A stretch of 64,000 nt of DNA from Mobula hypostoma (Eukaryota): assembly GCF_963921235.1 (NCBI RefSeq), contig NC_086107.1, positions 101,434,001 through 101,498,000 on the forward strand, written 5' to 3'. Made by a program: the position numbers and the translations under genes. Positions within the stretch are counted from its first letter, which is position 1; every line of letters starts with the position of its first letter. Below, piece by piece: positions 25,838-39,144 of this stretch. The notes under the pieces are model-generated. The model was given only the letters and a program-made list of their open reading frames with translations. It did no database searches and had not been told where the DNA came from.

Positions 25838-26971
25838 GTACACTCAGCTGAGGTCTGCTTGTACTGGGTGGCACAGCGGGTAGTGCAGCTGTCCGACAGC
25901 TCTGGCGCCCAGGTTTTATTCTGACTATAAGTGCTCTCTGCATGGAGTTGTGTGACTACGCATTACCCCCGGGTGCTCTAGTTTGGACAGGCATCATGGT
26001 TGGCACAGAGCCTATGGGCTGAAGGACCTATTCCTGCACTGTACTGTCACATGTCTGTGGAACAAATGGTGACAAATGAACCACTTAGTTTCGATGTATC
26101 ACGTTCATGTTTACAAATAGTTGAAGGTGCTGATACAGGTGGAATGTGTACAGGAATGTTTTAGATTTATTCACGGTGTGGCGTACAGATACAAGGTAGC
26201 TGTGCTCCAAGTTTAGACATTATTAGGCACTTTAAGGATGATGCCAAGGCTGTAGAAAAGAAAAGATAAAACGTTAGCTCTATTTGTCACATGTACATTG
26301 ATACAGACAGTGAAATGCATCGTTTGTGTCAAGTCAGATCGGTGAGGATTGTGTTGGGCAGCCCACAGTGTCAACAATTTCTTGCAAGCCTTTACAAGGA
26401 AAAAGCATTACAATAAAATTTCGCAAATAAGCTATACATAAACAACAAAATTTGACAAAGGCCGTTGGCACACTAAGATGAACGGTGCGAATAAAAATAA
26501 CACTGAGAACGTGCGCTGTAGAGAGTCCTGGAAAGTGAGCCTTTTGGTTGTTGAACCAGTCAGAATGCTCTCTGCTGCACATTTACCAATAGCCCCATCG
26601 CTGTACCACAGTGCTTTTCCCGTGGCTGTTACCCAGCTGCAAGATGTGGCTCCAACGTGCTGTACAATATTCATGATGGTTGTGGGTCCCAGACTGCGAG
26701 GTCCCTACAGATGTGACTGCTGTCTGGGGAAGTTAACTTGAGTGCACTAGTGAGGACAATACCAGAGAGCTGATGCTGCAGGAGACCACCCAGTAGAGGA
26801 TGGGAGCCCACTGGTTTTCCTCCTAACCTGACGGCAGTATGAGCATCAATTCTAGAAGTTCAGGAAGGCCCCAGAACAGTGTAGAATAATTTCTAGCCCT
26901 ATGTATGTTGCTGGGACTTGAGGACCCAAGTTACAGGGAAAGTTAAATAGGTTAGGACTTCATTCGCTGGT

Positions 26972-27275
26972 AGTGTGGCGCGTGGCCAAGCAGTTAAGGC
27001 GTCGGTCTAGTGATCTGAAGGTCGCTAGTTCGCGCCTCAGCTGAGGTAGCCTGTTGTGTCCTTGAGCAAGACACTTAACCCCACATTGCTCTGCGATGAC
27101 ACGGTGCCGAGCTGTATTGACCCTAGTGCCCTTCCCTTGGACAACATCGGTGGCGTGGAGAGGGGAGACTTGCAGCATGGGCAACTGCCGGTCTTCCATA
27201 CAACCTTGCCCAGGCCTGCGCCCTGGAAACCTTCCAAGGCGCAAATCCATGGTCTCGCGAGACTAACGGATGTCT
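26972..27275 (+). mobile_element. tRNA-derived SINE (related head at about 33745-33970)
   Basis: A-box-like TGGCCAAGCAGTTAAGGCG and B-box-like AGTTCG, followed by gtgtccttgagcaagacacttaac. Inserted in a CR1 fragment with a near-TSD TCATTC(G/A)CTGG. Confidence 0.75.
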
Positions 27276-28358
27276 ATCATTCACTGGAGTGTAGGAGAGT
27301 AAGGGAAGATTTGACAGAGGTGTACAAAATTATGAGGGGTATAGATAGAGTATATTAAGTAGGCTTTTTCCACTGTGGTTGGGTGAGACTAGAACTGGAT
27401 GTCATGGGTGAAGGATGAAGGGTGAAATGTTTAAGGGGACATGAGGGAGAGCTTCTTCAATCAGAGGGTGGTGAGACGTGGAATAAGCTGTCAGCAGGAA
27501 TGGGAGCTTGATGGCCAACATGAATTCAGTGGGCAAGGGGCCCATTTTCCTTCTATGACTCTACTAACATTTTAAACCGTGTTCCACTCTGTCTTGGAGC
27601 TCCACGTTACTCTGTAAGGAAACCAAGGTTGTTGGTTCTATCTCATTGCAACCCTTGCCCAGAGCTCCTGACCTGATCAGTCTTCCCTGCCCTTTCATCA
27701 TTTCCTCTGTGAATAGTTTTGTTCCTCATAGTCTTAACAATGACATTGAAACTGAAAAGGGTGCGGAAAGATTAATCAGTAAAAGCACACCTGAAGCATC
27801 TTGTATTTCAGGAAACTGGGGAGTGGGGTCTGGAGTAAATAAAGGAATCACGAGATGAAGGCTTTAAGTTAGCACTTGGAGGAGGTTTAGATTCAGAGGA
27901 AGTTTCTACTTGTAGGAGCAGCCATTATCAGTGTCTGTAAAGTATAAATCCAGCTGAAAGTTCAGGAGAAACTTCTTTAACCAAAGAATTGTGAAGGAGT
28001 GGAATAGGTTTCCATTTACATGGTGTCTTGTAGGATCTAAGTTGCTTATCCAGGTACACATTAAATATAAAGAGTTTCTGCCTCCTTTGCCCTTCCAGAA
28101 CCCTACTTCAGGTGAAAATTTTCCTCCACTTCACTCTAATCTTCTGCCTATTAAGTTCAGTCAATTAAAGCAAGCAAAATGCTGTCAAGTTGCTACCAGA
28201 AGGACTGAATAATGTACCCATTTACAGGGGAGCTGAGTGTAGTCGCAGGAGAGGTGCATATGGTGCGATGTGGAGGGGTAGGCAGCTGTGTGTGGATCAG
28301 GTGTGCTTGGCCCAGTTGAGTTGAATGATCTGTTTCCATACTGTAAACTCTCTTCCAG

Positions 28359-28513
28359 AAATACCGGATCCGACTGATAGTTACGGATGGGGTTTTCTCA
28401 ATGGATGGCGATGTGGCTCCACTTAAAGAAATTTGTGACCTGTCAGAGAAATACAACGCCCTGGTCTTCATTGACGAATGTCATGCCACTGGGTTCTTGG
28501 GACCCAATGGACG
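28359..28513 (+). CDS. gcat: gcat exon 5 (155 nt)
   Basis: Acceptor ctctcttccag|, donor CG|gtatgg. Encodes [51 protein letters not shown](R), including the PLP-binding DxxH. Confidence 0.98.
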
Positions 28514-29393
28514 GTATGGAGCCCTGCCTTGTGGCAAGCCATTTGCTGATGTGTCTGGGGAGGAGCGGATTAGGTGTTTGGTGTGCCTAACATAATTAAC
28601 TTAAGCTGGTGTACTGTACCAGCCTGAATGTGGCCATTGGCTGAATAATGGTAATGTCTTTGTTGGTAGAGGATACTGGCTGGTGCCTTTATTACTGATA
28701 CATATGACTTGAGTGGGGTTGTGGAAAACTTCAGGGGTGTTATACTGAAGTCGCCATGGGAACAGGCCAGCAAGCAGTACCCTAACCTGACTGTCCAAGG
28801 ACTCCTTAATCTTCTCCCTCACACAGAAAACTTGCTACACTGAAGAAAACCATTGGCATTATCAGGTCTGGACTTAATCACCAAAGATAATAGAATCATA
28901 GAGCTATACAGAATGGAAACTCTTCCATGCTGACCAAGATGACTATCTAAACTAGTGCCATTTGCCTGAATGTGGAACATATCTCTTAAGGCCCTTCCTA
29001 TCCATGTATCTCTTGATGTGCCTTTTAAAGCATTATCATTGTAGCCACCTCTATCATCACCTCTGACAGCTCATTCCATATACCAGCCACTCCCTGTGTG
29101 GAAAACTTCCCCTTGAGTCCCCTCTAAGTCTGTCCCCTCTCAGCTTAAATCTGCCCTCCAGTTTTGGATTCCTTCCCTCCCTGAGAAAAGTCTGTGATCA
29201 TTCACCTTATCTATCCTGATGTCTTTGTAAACCTCCTCAAAGTAAGTGTGTTCTGTTTCCATCTCTGTAGCGTACGTCGCATTCACCTTCTCACCACTGC
29301 TCCCGTTTCACAACGTCAATCAGGCATTCAGATGCTTCCCGTAAACTAAGAGCAGTGTAACTGAGTGAAATTTTGTTCTGTTTTCTGTGACAG

Positions 29394-29476
29394 GGGCACT
29401 GATGAGCTGCTGGGAGTGATGGATCGTGTTCACATCGTCAACTCCACTCTTGGGAAGGCGCTGGGTGGAGCAGCAG
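29394..29476 (+). CDS. gcat: gcat exon 6 (83 nt), contains the PLP Schiff-base lysine
   Basis: Acceptor tctgtgacag|, donor CAG|gtgagt. Encodes GTDELLGVMDRVHIVNSTLGKALGGAA(G) with the STLGKALG motif. Confidence 0.98.
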
Positions 29477-31012
29477 GTGAGTGCCTGGGCCAGGGACACA
29501 ACTGAAAAGCAGAGGCATTGTGTTATAAATTAATTTCAGACCATGGTGAGATCATACGGAATACTGCACGTATCCAGCCTCTAATTATATCAAGGAGCTG
29601 GAAAAGATGCAGGAAGGGTTCATCAGCATTCTGCCATTTCTAAGTCTAAACCTATTGAAACTAATCACTAGGCTTGGCTGAATTCTCCAAGACAGAATTT
29701 GACAAAGGGGTAGGGAAAGTAAATAATTACTCACCAGTCCAATAGTGGCTTCTCAATACTCACAGTGGTACAGACTTTCTTTATCACAGGGAGTGGTAAA
29801 GGATTATTTAAGGAGATTACCAGATATGGATGCCAGGGAGGGAGGAATAGAAGGCTATTCTGTTGGTTTGAGCTAAAGGGAGGGCAGGGCATGAAGTCAG
29901 TGATGTAAAGTTGGGTGGGTGGGGACAGATGGTGCAACATCAGCATTGACCAGCTGTACTCAGCGGCCTCTCTCTAAGCTCCAAATCCTCCATAAATGGT
30001 GCCCCACCCATCTGCTTCCCGATTCGATACGACGGTGTCTTATCTTTTTTTCGCAGCCCCAAGAGATTCTGCAGATGCTAAAAATATCAAGCAACACGCA
30101 CAATGTGCTGGAGGAACTCTGCAGGTCAGACAGCATCTATGGAGGGGAATAAACGGTCAACGTTTTGGACCGGACTGCCGTAGATTCCCCACCATAGTTG
30201 CTGCCCGACCTGCTGAGTTTTGTGTGTGTTGCAGCACCGCTCTATTAACCCCAAATCCCACACTTTTCTTAAAATGCAACTATCAGTCGATTTCTGGAAT
30301 ATACTGAGCTTCTGGGGTGCTACCGCTGATTACTACTCACCAGGAAAAGAAATTACTCACTTCAGTTCTGAGTGACTGACCCCATGTTATGAGCACCCAG
30401 CCAGGTGAAGTATCATCATGCACCCGTGGAATGTTGTAGTCTTAAATGTGATCTGCTTAATCTTTCCTCATGGGACAAGACTCCATCCCAGAATTCCTTC
30501 TTTGTACTCCTCTATCACAAGTGTATTCTCTCTGAAGAAAGACCAGACCTATACAAGTTATTCAATCCATGGTCTCACCGGAGTCCATTGTAACTGGAGC
30601 ACGATTTTGTTCCTCATACAAAATCCTTTAGCAGTAAGGGTAATATACAGTTCAACTTCCTAGTCCTCTGTTCTATCTGCAAGTTAACTTTCAGTGTGCA
30701 TGTGAGGACACCTAGTCCCTCTGACTGAAACCAGTTTCAATCTCTCACCATTTAAAAATATCCTACTTTTCTATTTTTTTCTTCCTGGAAGTGGATAACC
30801 TCACACTTTCAGAACTGCTGTGTCCAGGTGGGCATCTGTTAGCTTTTGTGCGAGGGGTGGGGGTTTGTGAGTTTTGTCCCTTTTTCTTTTTTGTACAGCG
30901 GTGGGGGGTTTAATGGTTGAGGACTTCTTTTCTTTCAAGGACTTCCATGGTTTTTCTGTATTTTGTGGCTATCTGGAGAAGACTAATCTCAGAGTTGTAT
31001 TCTGCGTACATA

Positions 31013-31628
31013 CAAGGAGTGATTGATAAGTTTGTGGCCTAGGGTAGAAGGAGTCAATTTTAGAAAACCTAGCATATTTATTTTTCAACATAGTCCCCTT
31101 CTACATGTACACACTTAGTCCAGCGGTCATGGAGCATATGGATCTTTTTGTAGAAGTCGGCGTCTTGGACCTCCGGAAGTGGTCCACAGTAGGGGTAATT
31201 GATAAGTTTGTAGCCTAAGGTAGAAGGAGATCAGTTATTAACTTCAAACTTTCTGCATTATCACTCAAAGAGTTGAACTGCACGTGCAGGTAACAAGAGC
31301 ACCTTGGACCTCCAGGTGGTCCACAGCAGAGGTGATTGATAAGTTCGTGGCCTTGGGTAGAAGGCGATGAGTTATACAGCTTTTGTTACGTGCACGTGCA
31401 GTTCAACTCTGAGTGAAGACGCAAAGTTTGAAGTTAATAACTCATTTCCTTCTACCTTAGGCCACGAACGTATCAATCACTCCTGCTGTGGACCACTTCT
31501 ACAAAGAAGGGATCCGTATGCTCCATGACCACTGGACTAAGTGTGTAAATGTAGGAAAAATAAATGTGCTAAGTTTTCTAAAATTGACTGCTTCTACCTT
31601 AGGCTACGAACTTATCAATCACCCTTCC
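31013..31628. mobile_element. Palindromic mariner-derived MITE (gcat intron 6)
   Basis: TA TSD at 31011-31012 and 31629-31630. TIR motif GTGATTGATAAGTT(C/T)GTGGCCT..GGTAGAAGG occurs five times. Arms encode a mariner C-terminus (IHMLHDRWTKCVHVEGDYVEK*). Confidence 0.85.
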
Positions 31629-32457
31629 TACTTTGATAACAAAGTGAACCTTTGAACGTACTAGACCATAGAACGGTACAGCATAGTACAGGCCCTGTAG
31701 CCCACAATATTGTTCAGACTCTAACCTACTCCATGATCAATCTAACTGTCTAACACAGTCCTCCATTTTACTTTCATTTCTCCCCCATTCATTTTCCTTT
31801 CCATTTCTATTCTATCTGCCACAGTCCTTGCCCATTCAACCTGGTCAATCTGGGTGATGTCATGGGGAGTGGTAAATTTGTCCTCTGTGAGCCTGTCACT
31901 TCTACCTTTGAGTGTCACCTAGTTGCCATGCCACTGTAGTTAGTGTGTACACAGAACATCCCGGGTCCCACGAGTGCTGTTGGCCAGTGGAATTAGATTC
32001 AGTGCCTGTCACAGATCCAGTGGCCAGCAATGGCTCTTTTCCTCCCCCTCCCGTGCAGTGTTCATAAGCAGAGCGGGTTCCCAACTCTGCTGTGCTGGGA
32101 GAGGTAAATTCTGCTGGATAACTGGGGTGAAAATCTTGTCGGTTCAGAACATGGACTCCTGCACCTGCCCTAAGTGATTCCCGTGCACTCTGTTACTGAA
32201 TGGCAGCTGGAACATCGTTACCAACTGATTCTGGCTGGTGAGCATCCACACCTTGTCTTCCCCCTCGCTGGGACAGTCCCACCAGGCCGAGGAGCAGCAG
32301 ACGGTAGAGTCTACATGGTCCCGCTACCACAGGGAACTGTGAGGAGCCTCTTGGTGCTGGTGTGAATGACTGGGTTCTTTTGGGCTCACTCAAGCTTGTG
32401 CTAGGGATTGCAGTCAAGGGACATAGATTTAAAATGATGAACAAAGTAACTTTGCTT

Positions 32458-33070
32458 GGCAGGATCTCCCAGTGGCCGCACATTTTAATTCCATGTCCCA
32501 TTCCCATTCTGTCATGTCTATCCACGGCCTCCTCTACTGTAAAGATGAAGCCACACTCAGGTTGGAGGAACAACGCCTTATATTCCGTCTGGGTAGCCTC
32601 CAACCTGATGGCATGAATATTGACTTCTCTAACTTCCGCTAATGCCCCACCTCCCCTCATACCCCATCTGTTATTTATTTATATATACACACATTCTTTC
32701 TCTCTCTCTCTCTCTCTCTCCTTTTTTCTGTCCCTCTCACTATACCCCTTGCCTATCCTCTGGGTTCCCCCCCCCCTTCCTTCTCCCTGGGCCTCCTGTC
32801 TCATGATCCTCACATACCCCTTTTGCCAATCACCTGTCCAGCTCTTGGCTCCATTCCTCCCCCTCCTGTCTTCTCCCATCATTTTGGATCTCCCCCTCCC
32901 TCTTTCAAATCTCTTAGTAGCTCTTCCTTCAGTTAGTCCTGACGAAGAGTCTCGGCCCGAAACGTCAACTGTACCTCTTCCTAGAGATGCTGCCTGGCCT
33001 GCTGCATTCACCAGCAACTTTGATGTGTGTTGCTGGAATTTCCAGCATCTGCAGAATTCCTCATGTTTGT
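32458..33070 (+). mobile_element. Penelope-like element 3' fragment (gcat intron 6)
   Basis: Same GIY-YIG C-terminus (DLPVAAHFNS...LRLEEQ), (CT)n tract, hammerhead module and shared 3' tail. Confidence 0.85.
32935..32970 (+). ncRNA. Minimal hammerhead ribozyme motif, core intact, one mismatch each in helix I and helix II
   Basis: AGUC-CUGACGA-A-GAG-UCUCGG-CCC-GAAA-CG-UC-AACU in the 3' part of a Penelope-like fragment. Confidence 0.6.
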
Positions 33071-33304
33071 AATTATTTGCTTTGTTGCTTTTAGCTTGGG
33101 TTTGCAATGCATTGCATAAAAGGGCAGAGAAAGGGCAAAAATAGCTTTCAAAAGAAAATGAGGAAATACAGCTGCTTCTAGGGCAGATGCTTGCAGGTGA
33201 GAGGGACTAGACTGGAGAATTCTCAGACTGGTCATTGGATTAGTGGGTTGACAGTCCTATTGTGGCTGCATCATGACCTGAACCATTCCCTTTTTTTTTT
33301 GAAG

Positions 33305-33476
33305 GTGGATACACCACAGGGCCCAAGGCTGTCGTTGACCTGCTGCGTCAGCGCTCCCGGCCCTACCTCTTCTCCAACACCCTGCCCCCTCCTGTGGTCG
33401 GATGTGCCTCCAAAGCTCTGGACCTCCTGATGGACAGTAACACAATTGCCCAAACCATGGCATCAAAGACCAGGCG
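33305..33476 (+). CDS. gcat: gcat exon 7 (172 nt)
   Basis: Acceptor poly-T gaag|, donor CG|gtaggt. Encodes [56 protein letters not shown](R). Confidence 0.97.
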
Positions 33477-34564
33477 GTAGGTGTCATGCCTTCCCAGTTG
33501 ACCTCTGTCTCAAGTGTGGTTAACTTGTCAGGACATTTGCTTGTGGTTCCTGCAGGTGAAAGGAAGACTCTTATTCCCGGATAAATCTGGTTTCAAGTTT
33601 CAAGTTTCAAGTTGCTTTTATTGTCATTTCAACCAGAACTGCTGGTACAGTGCACAGTAAAAACGAAACAACGTTCCTCGAGGACCATGGTTCCTATCTT
33701 TTCCATCCTGCAGATGGATTGGGGGTTTGGGGTTTGTGTTGGGCACGTGGGCACGTGGCCAAGTGGTTAAGGCGTTCGTCTAGTTACCTCAAGGTTACTA
33801 GTTCGAACCTCAGCTGTGGCAGCGTGATTGTGCCCTTGAGCAAGGCACTTAATCACAGATTGCTCTAGTCTGTGCGATGAGTGGCGCCCCACACAGACTT
33901 CCAATATGCGCCTTGTAAGGCATGAAAATGCCCGACGCAGGCCTCTCATGGTCTGAGTTGATGTTCCTTCCCTTTGGGGGAGCAGGCGAGTGCCGGTGAG
34001 GGTGGGGAAATCACTCTATGGTTGGAGAGTTGGCTGGATCAGATATGAGAAGCTGGGCAGACTGTAGTGTTTAAAACTAGAACTAGGCATTCGGAGTGAG
34101 ATCAGGAACGGGGCAGTTTCCTTCCCTTTCTACAACACTCCTCAAAAAGCTGCTGAGTCTGGAGATCAAACAACATAAATAACATTCAAGATATTTCTGT
34201 TTTGGGGACACAGGACCAGTCCAGGTGGCTGATGTTCATCAGAGATCACTGAAACCTACTGAAAGCCAGAAAAGACCCTGAGGTTCCTGACATGTGTCTC
34301 TGAAGACCACGTTCCACGGCCTTGACCCTGTGCAGGCAGACTCAGTAGATGGTTGATTTTATTTAAAATAAATTTTCCGGGCCTGTTCCCTCTCATCCTT
34401 TAATGAAATGCTGCCTTGCTTGGTGTGGATATTAAGGGATACCACGTGCCCTCCAGTCTATCTTTGAGATGCTGGTTGTTCACCTTTGTGTTGCCTTCCC
34501 CTGAGGCCAGTCAGTAATTACCACTGAGGGGAGAGATAAATAGATCAATTAGTTAATCAATCCT

Positions 34565-35535
34565 ACCACCCCACTAGCCTCCGTGTCTAGTACATAATTC
34601 TCCGTAACTTCCTCCATCTCCAATGGGATCCCATCGCCGAACACATCTTTCCACACTTTCTGCTTTCCCCAGGGATTGCTCCTTGTGGGACTCCCTTGTC
34701 CACTCATTCCTCCCCATTGATCTCCCTCCTGTAACTTAGCCTTGCAAGCACAGCAAGTGCCACACCTGCCCCTACACCCCCTCTCACACTACCCTTCAGA
34801 GCCCCAGTAGTCCTTCCAGGTGAGGCCACACTTCACCTGTGAGTCTGTTTGGGTCATCCTGGTGCTGCGGGTGTTGCTTTCTGTATATCGGTGAGCCCCG
34901 ACGTAGATTGGGAGACCACTTCGCCAAGCACCTTCACTCTGTCCACCAGAAAAAGCATAATCTCCCAGTGGCCACCCATTTCAATTCCACTTCCTATTCC
35001 CATTCTGACATGTCAGTCCATGGCCTCCTCTACTGCCACAATGAGGCCACACTCAAGTTCGAGGAGCAACACCTTGTATTCCTTCTGGGTAACCTCCAAC
35101 CTGAAGGCATGAACATTGATTTCTCCAACTTATGCTCATTTGCCCCCCGACCCCACCTTCACCGTTCCCCATTCCTGATTCCCTCTCTCATATTATCTCC
35201 TCACCTGCCCATCACCTCCCTCTGTTGCCTCTCCTATCAGATTCCCCCTCCTCCGGCCCTGATCTCGTTCACCAATCAACTTCCAAGCTCTTTACTTCAC
35301 CCCTCCCCTCTCCTCTCCCAGTTTCACCTATCACCTTCCATCTTGTACTACTTCCTCTCCTCCCCCATATTCTTACCCTGACTTCTCCCCTTCCTCTCCA
35401 TTCCCGATGAAGGTTCTCAGCCCAAAACATTGACTGTGTACTCTTTTCCATTGATGCTGCCTGACCTGCTGAGTTCCTCTGCAACATTTTGTGTGCTCTG
35501 GTTTTCCAGCACCTACAGGTTTTCTCATGTTTCTG
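34565..35535 (+). mobile_element. Penelope-like element fragment (gcat intron 7)
   Basis: ORF 34839-35381 contains LYIGEPRRRLGDHFAKHLHSV...LPVATHFNS...EEQHL. Degenerate hammerhead near 35400-35435. Confidence 0.85.
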
Positions 35536-36829
35536 ATCACCCTCTGGTACAGCCCCCTGTGTATTAATCGATCTCTGCTTTCCTGCTGAGTCCACATGCA
35601 TTTTATTTGCTGCTTCCCACCCAGTAAGCTTGTTCATTCATTCACTGCCTTCTCTGTAACATTGCCCAGCTGCTCGGTTCCTCATTCACATTGTCTGTAG
35701 GGTTCATGAACCAGCATTGGCAGTCTGCCTTCCCTCTGGCGCATTCTGTAGGTTATTTGCACTGAAGTCCTGCAAGTCCTGCCATCCAGGTTTCATTCAC
35801 ACTCAACCAGCAGCCCTGCTTTCACTAGCCTCTTTAACACCTCCGCCCTGTTATTTAAGCTCAGTCTTCGTCCTGAGTGTAAGTTCTTCATCCAGCTCCA
35901 GTGGTCTGCTCCTGAGCTACATCCTTCGTGTGCTCCCTTCCTCCAGTATTACAACACTGAAGAGAACCTTGGGTGAGGTGGTTGTACCCGACAGTATAGA
36001 GGTCTTCAGGGCAAAGGTCTCTGAGCATGAGGTGAGGTAACACAGCACTTGCAGTGTTGAAAGTCCTTGCATTTCTCCAGCTGAGGGTTTTATAAATGCT
36101 GACAGTTTTAAAGCTGGTGGGATTTTGGAACTGTAGGTAGAGCAGAGTGGAGTTGGGTTGAGGATTGTATTAATTAGCAGAGTTGTGGAGCTAAGTGGTG
36201 TTCTTATGACGGGTGACATGTGGTGTTTCCCTTGGAGAGATTGAGGGGGCTCCTGTTGTTTGAAGGTTTGGCAAAAGGGGCAGAGGGAGAGCAGGGAGAT
36301 GGGGACTGCTGTAGAGGTGAGCGTTTGTTGTTCCACAGAGTGGCGGCCCTGTTGCTCAGTCAGGGTGGAGCAGTTCATGCTGCACACAGTTCATTGATTT
36401 TTTATTCTTTTAATTTAGAGATACGTGCGGTAACAGGCCACCAAGCCCACTCTGCCCAATTACACCCATGTAATCAATTAACCTACAAGCCCATTCGTCT
36501 TTGGAATGTGGGAGGAAGCCCGCACAGACACGGGGAACGTACAAACTTCTCACGGACAGTGGTGGGAATTGAACCGGTCGCTGGCTCTGTAAAACATTAA
36601 GCTAACTGTGGTGGCAAGGAACACACTTAAAAGAATCCCAGTTGTTCTGTCTCTGAGTAAAGTCCATCAGCTCCTTAACCTTGCTCTTCTATTTTTAATT
36701 ACATCTACCTAGCTCGGTTCTGTAACGTTTTAACCCTTGCTCTCCAACTTTGACCAAGGGTGATTGGGAGGGGGAAAGGTGGCAGGCTTACACCTTTCTC
36801 ACTGGATTTTGATTGGCTGTTTTGCACAG

Positions 36830-36951
36830 GTTCCGCAGTCAGATGACAGCCGCAGGGTTCACCATTGGTGGAGCAGACCATCCCATCTGCCCGGTGATGC
36901 TGGGCGATGCCCGGCTGGCATCAGCTATGGCAGAGGACATGCTGCAACGGG
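36830..36951 (+). CDS. gcat: gcat exon 8 (122 nt)
   Basis: Acceptor tttgcacag|, donor G|gtaagt. Encodes FRSQMTAAGFTIGGADHPICPVMLGDARLASAMAEDMLQR(G). Confidence 0.97.
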
Positions 36952-37699
36952 GTAAGTCACAAGGCAGTGACTGAGTCTGAAAGTCCAGTGTGGGCTCCAT
37001 CCTCTGGTTTTGTTCCTGTCTGTGTGGGTGACCGTAGCCAGTGCACCCTCTTCCTGTAGATTTAACCACTTCTACTGTTTTGTGGCTGTGCCCAGCTGTC
37101 AGAGTGATGTTCCATGCGTTCCCATTGACCATCAAGCTGCTTCTGACTCGATACAAAATGGAAGCAGGAAGAGGCTGCTCTGTCCATTAAGCTTCCCCGC
37201 CATTCTTATCTACCCGCGGGCCTAAATCCACCTTATGAACTCCATTCCCTGAACTTTTTTCCACTTTAACTTTAGCCTCCACACCTCTGGATAGCAAAGT
37301 CCAGACATTTCCCATCCTCCACAAGAAATGTCCGCACACCTCAGTTGAAAGTGACCGCCTCCTTATCTTGAACCTACGTCCCCTGTGAACCAGTGCCAGT
37401 CGCAGTAGGGCCGGATATTGTAGGAGGTTGTAGGTGATGACCCATCAAAATCTGGGACCTCCCTGTTCCCCAGTCTGCCTGACCCAGCCGAGCATGGTCT
37501 CCCTTGGGACCCATTCCATGTGGCTCCCTGACAGTGGAGCTGTCCTTCACCGTCCCTCGCCCTCCGGGTAAGAAGGCCGAGGCCAACTCCAGAGACCTAG
37601 GTGCGCAAACCTGGCAGATCCCTCAGTGCAGTGCCCGGGGTGTGCTGCACTGTCAGCCTTGATATTAAACTTCAGGAGTAATCCCAGGGAGCCAGGCTA

Positions 37700-38715
37700 G
37701 TGAGAGTTTTCAGACCCCAATCAGTATGGATGAGGAACATTATATCCCCCACAATCACTATCAGCACAGGTGCATCACAAGGCTGTGTGCTGCCTACCTG
37801 CTTTATACTTACGACTGTGAGGCTAAGCACCGCTCAAATGCCGTATTAAAGTTTGCTGACGACACCACCGTTGTCAGCCGAATCAAAGGTGGTGAAGAAT
37901 TGGCATACAGGAGAGAAACTGAAAATCTGTTTGAATGGTGCCATAGTGACAGCCTCTCTTTCAACGTCAGCAAAACCAAAGAGCTGGTTATTGACTACAG
38001 GAGCAGGAAACTGGAGATCCATGAGCCAGATTACATGAGGGCATTATCATATCAGAGGACCTGTCCTGGAAGCAGCATCGCAAAGGAGGCAGGGCTGCAC
38101 CTCTACTTTCTTAGACGTTTGCGCGTATTTGGCATACTGTCTAAAACTTTGACAAACTTGCATAAATTCCTGGTGGTGAATATCCTGACTGGTGGCACCA
38201 ATGCTCAAGAATGGAATAGTCTACAAAAGAATTGGTGGATTTAGCCCAGTCCATCTGTGGCAAAGCCCTCTACAAGGAGCCCTGCCACAAGAAAGCCATC
38301 ATCAAGGAACCCCACCATCCAGGCCATACTCTCTTCTCACTGCTGCCATCAGGACGGAGGTACAGAAGCCTTGGGTCCAGGAACAGTTACTACCCTTCAA
38401 CCACCAGGCTCCTGAGCCAGTGTGGATAACTTCACTCACCTCAACACTAAACCTGATTCCAGCAACCTAAGGACTCACTTTTAAGTACTCAACATCTCAG
38501 GTTCTCCATCTTATTTGTTTGTTTATTATTATTATTATTTTTGGGATTTGCACAATTTGTCTTTTGCATATTGGTTGTTTGTTAGTCTCAGTGTATGGTT
38601 TTTCACTGACTCTGTTATATTTCTTTGTTCTAAATGAATGTCTTCAAGGAAATGAATCTCAGGGTAGCATACGGTGACATGTGTACTTTGATAAATTTAC
38701 TTTGAACTTTGAGTT
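37700..38715 (+). mobile_element. Rex1/Babar-like LINE fragment
   Basis: LYTYDC...KFADDTTVV...LYFLRRL; PHHPGHTLFSLLPSGRRYRSL; (TTTGAAC)n tail. Confidence 0.85.
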
Positions 38716-39144
38716 ATTCAATTAATTCCACTGAAACAGTTACCACATTTTTGAGGTTCAGTTGTATGTCTTACATCATCAGCAATGATCGTTCAACAAC
38801 ACTTTATATAAATGCACCATTTTCTTTCAATTTGACTTGATCTTTTCCAGCTCTGTTGTTATTTTGTACCACTGGCTACTCATTGTCATGTCAAGATTCC
38901 CAGTTTATGCAGTCTTTCCCTGTTCACTTCTTTAGGAACCCTCCCTACAAACTGCTGCAGCAAAGCTAACTTGCATTACTCAGTCTGTTGTAACAAAAAC
39001 AGTAAATGCTTGCAACAGTTAGGTCAGGCAACATCAGTAGGAAGAAAACTAATGCTTGAGTGGGATACCTTGTCAGAAATGCAGAGCAAGTGATTTGGTG
39101 GGGGCATTTACATGAACTGTTACCTTTTAGAGATATCCCCTTTA

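Noticed and set aside
26972..27050. Possible tRNA gene (also ~33745-33820)
   Set aside because: No convincing cloverleaf or acceptor stem, and it continues into a shared SINE body.
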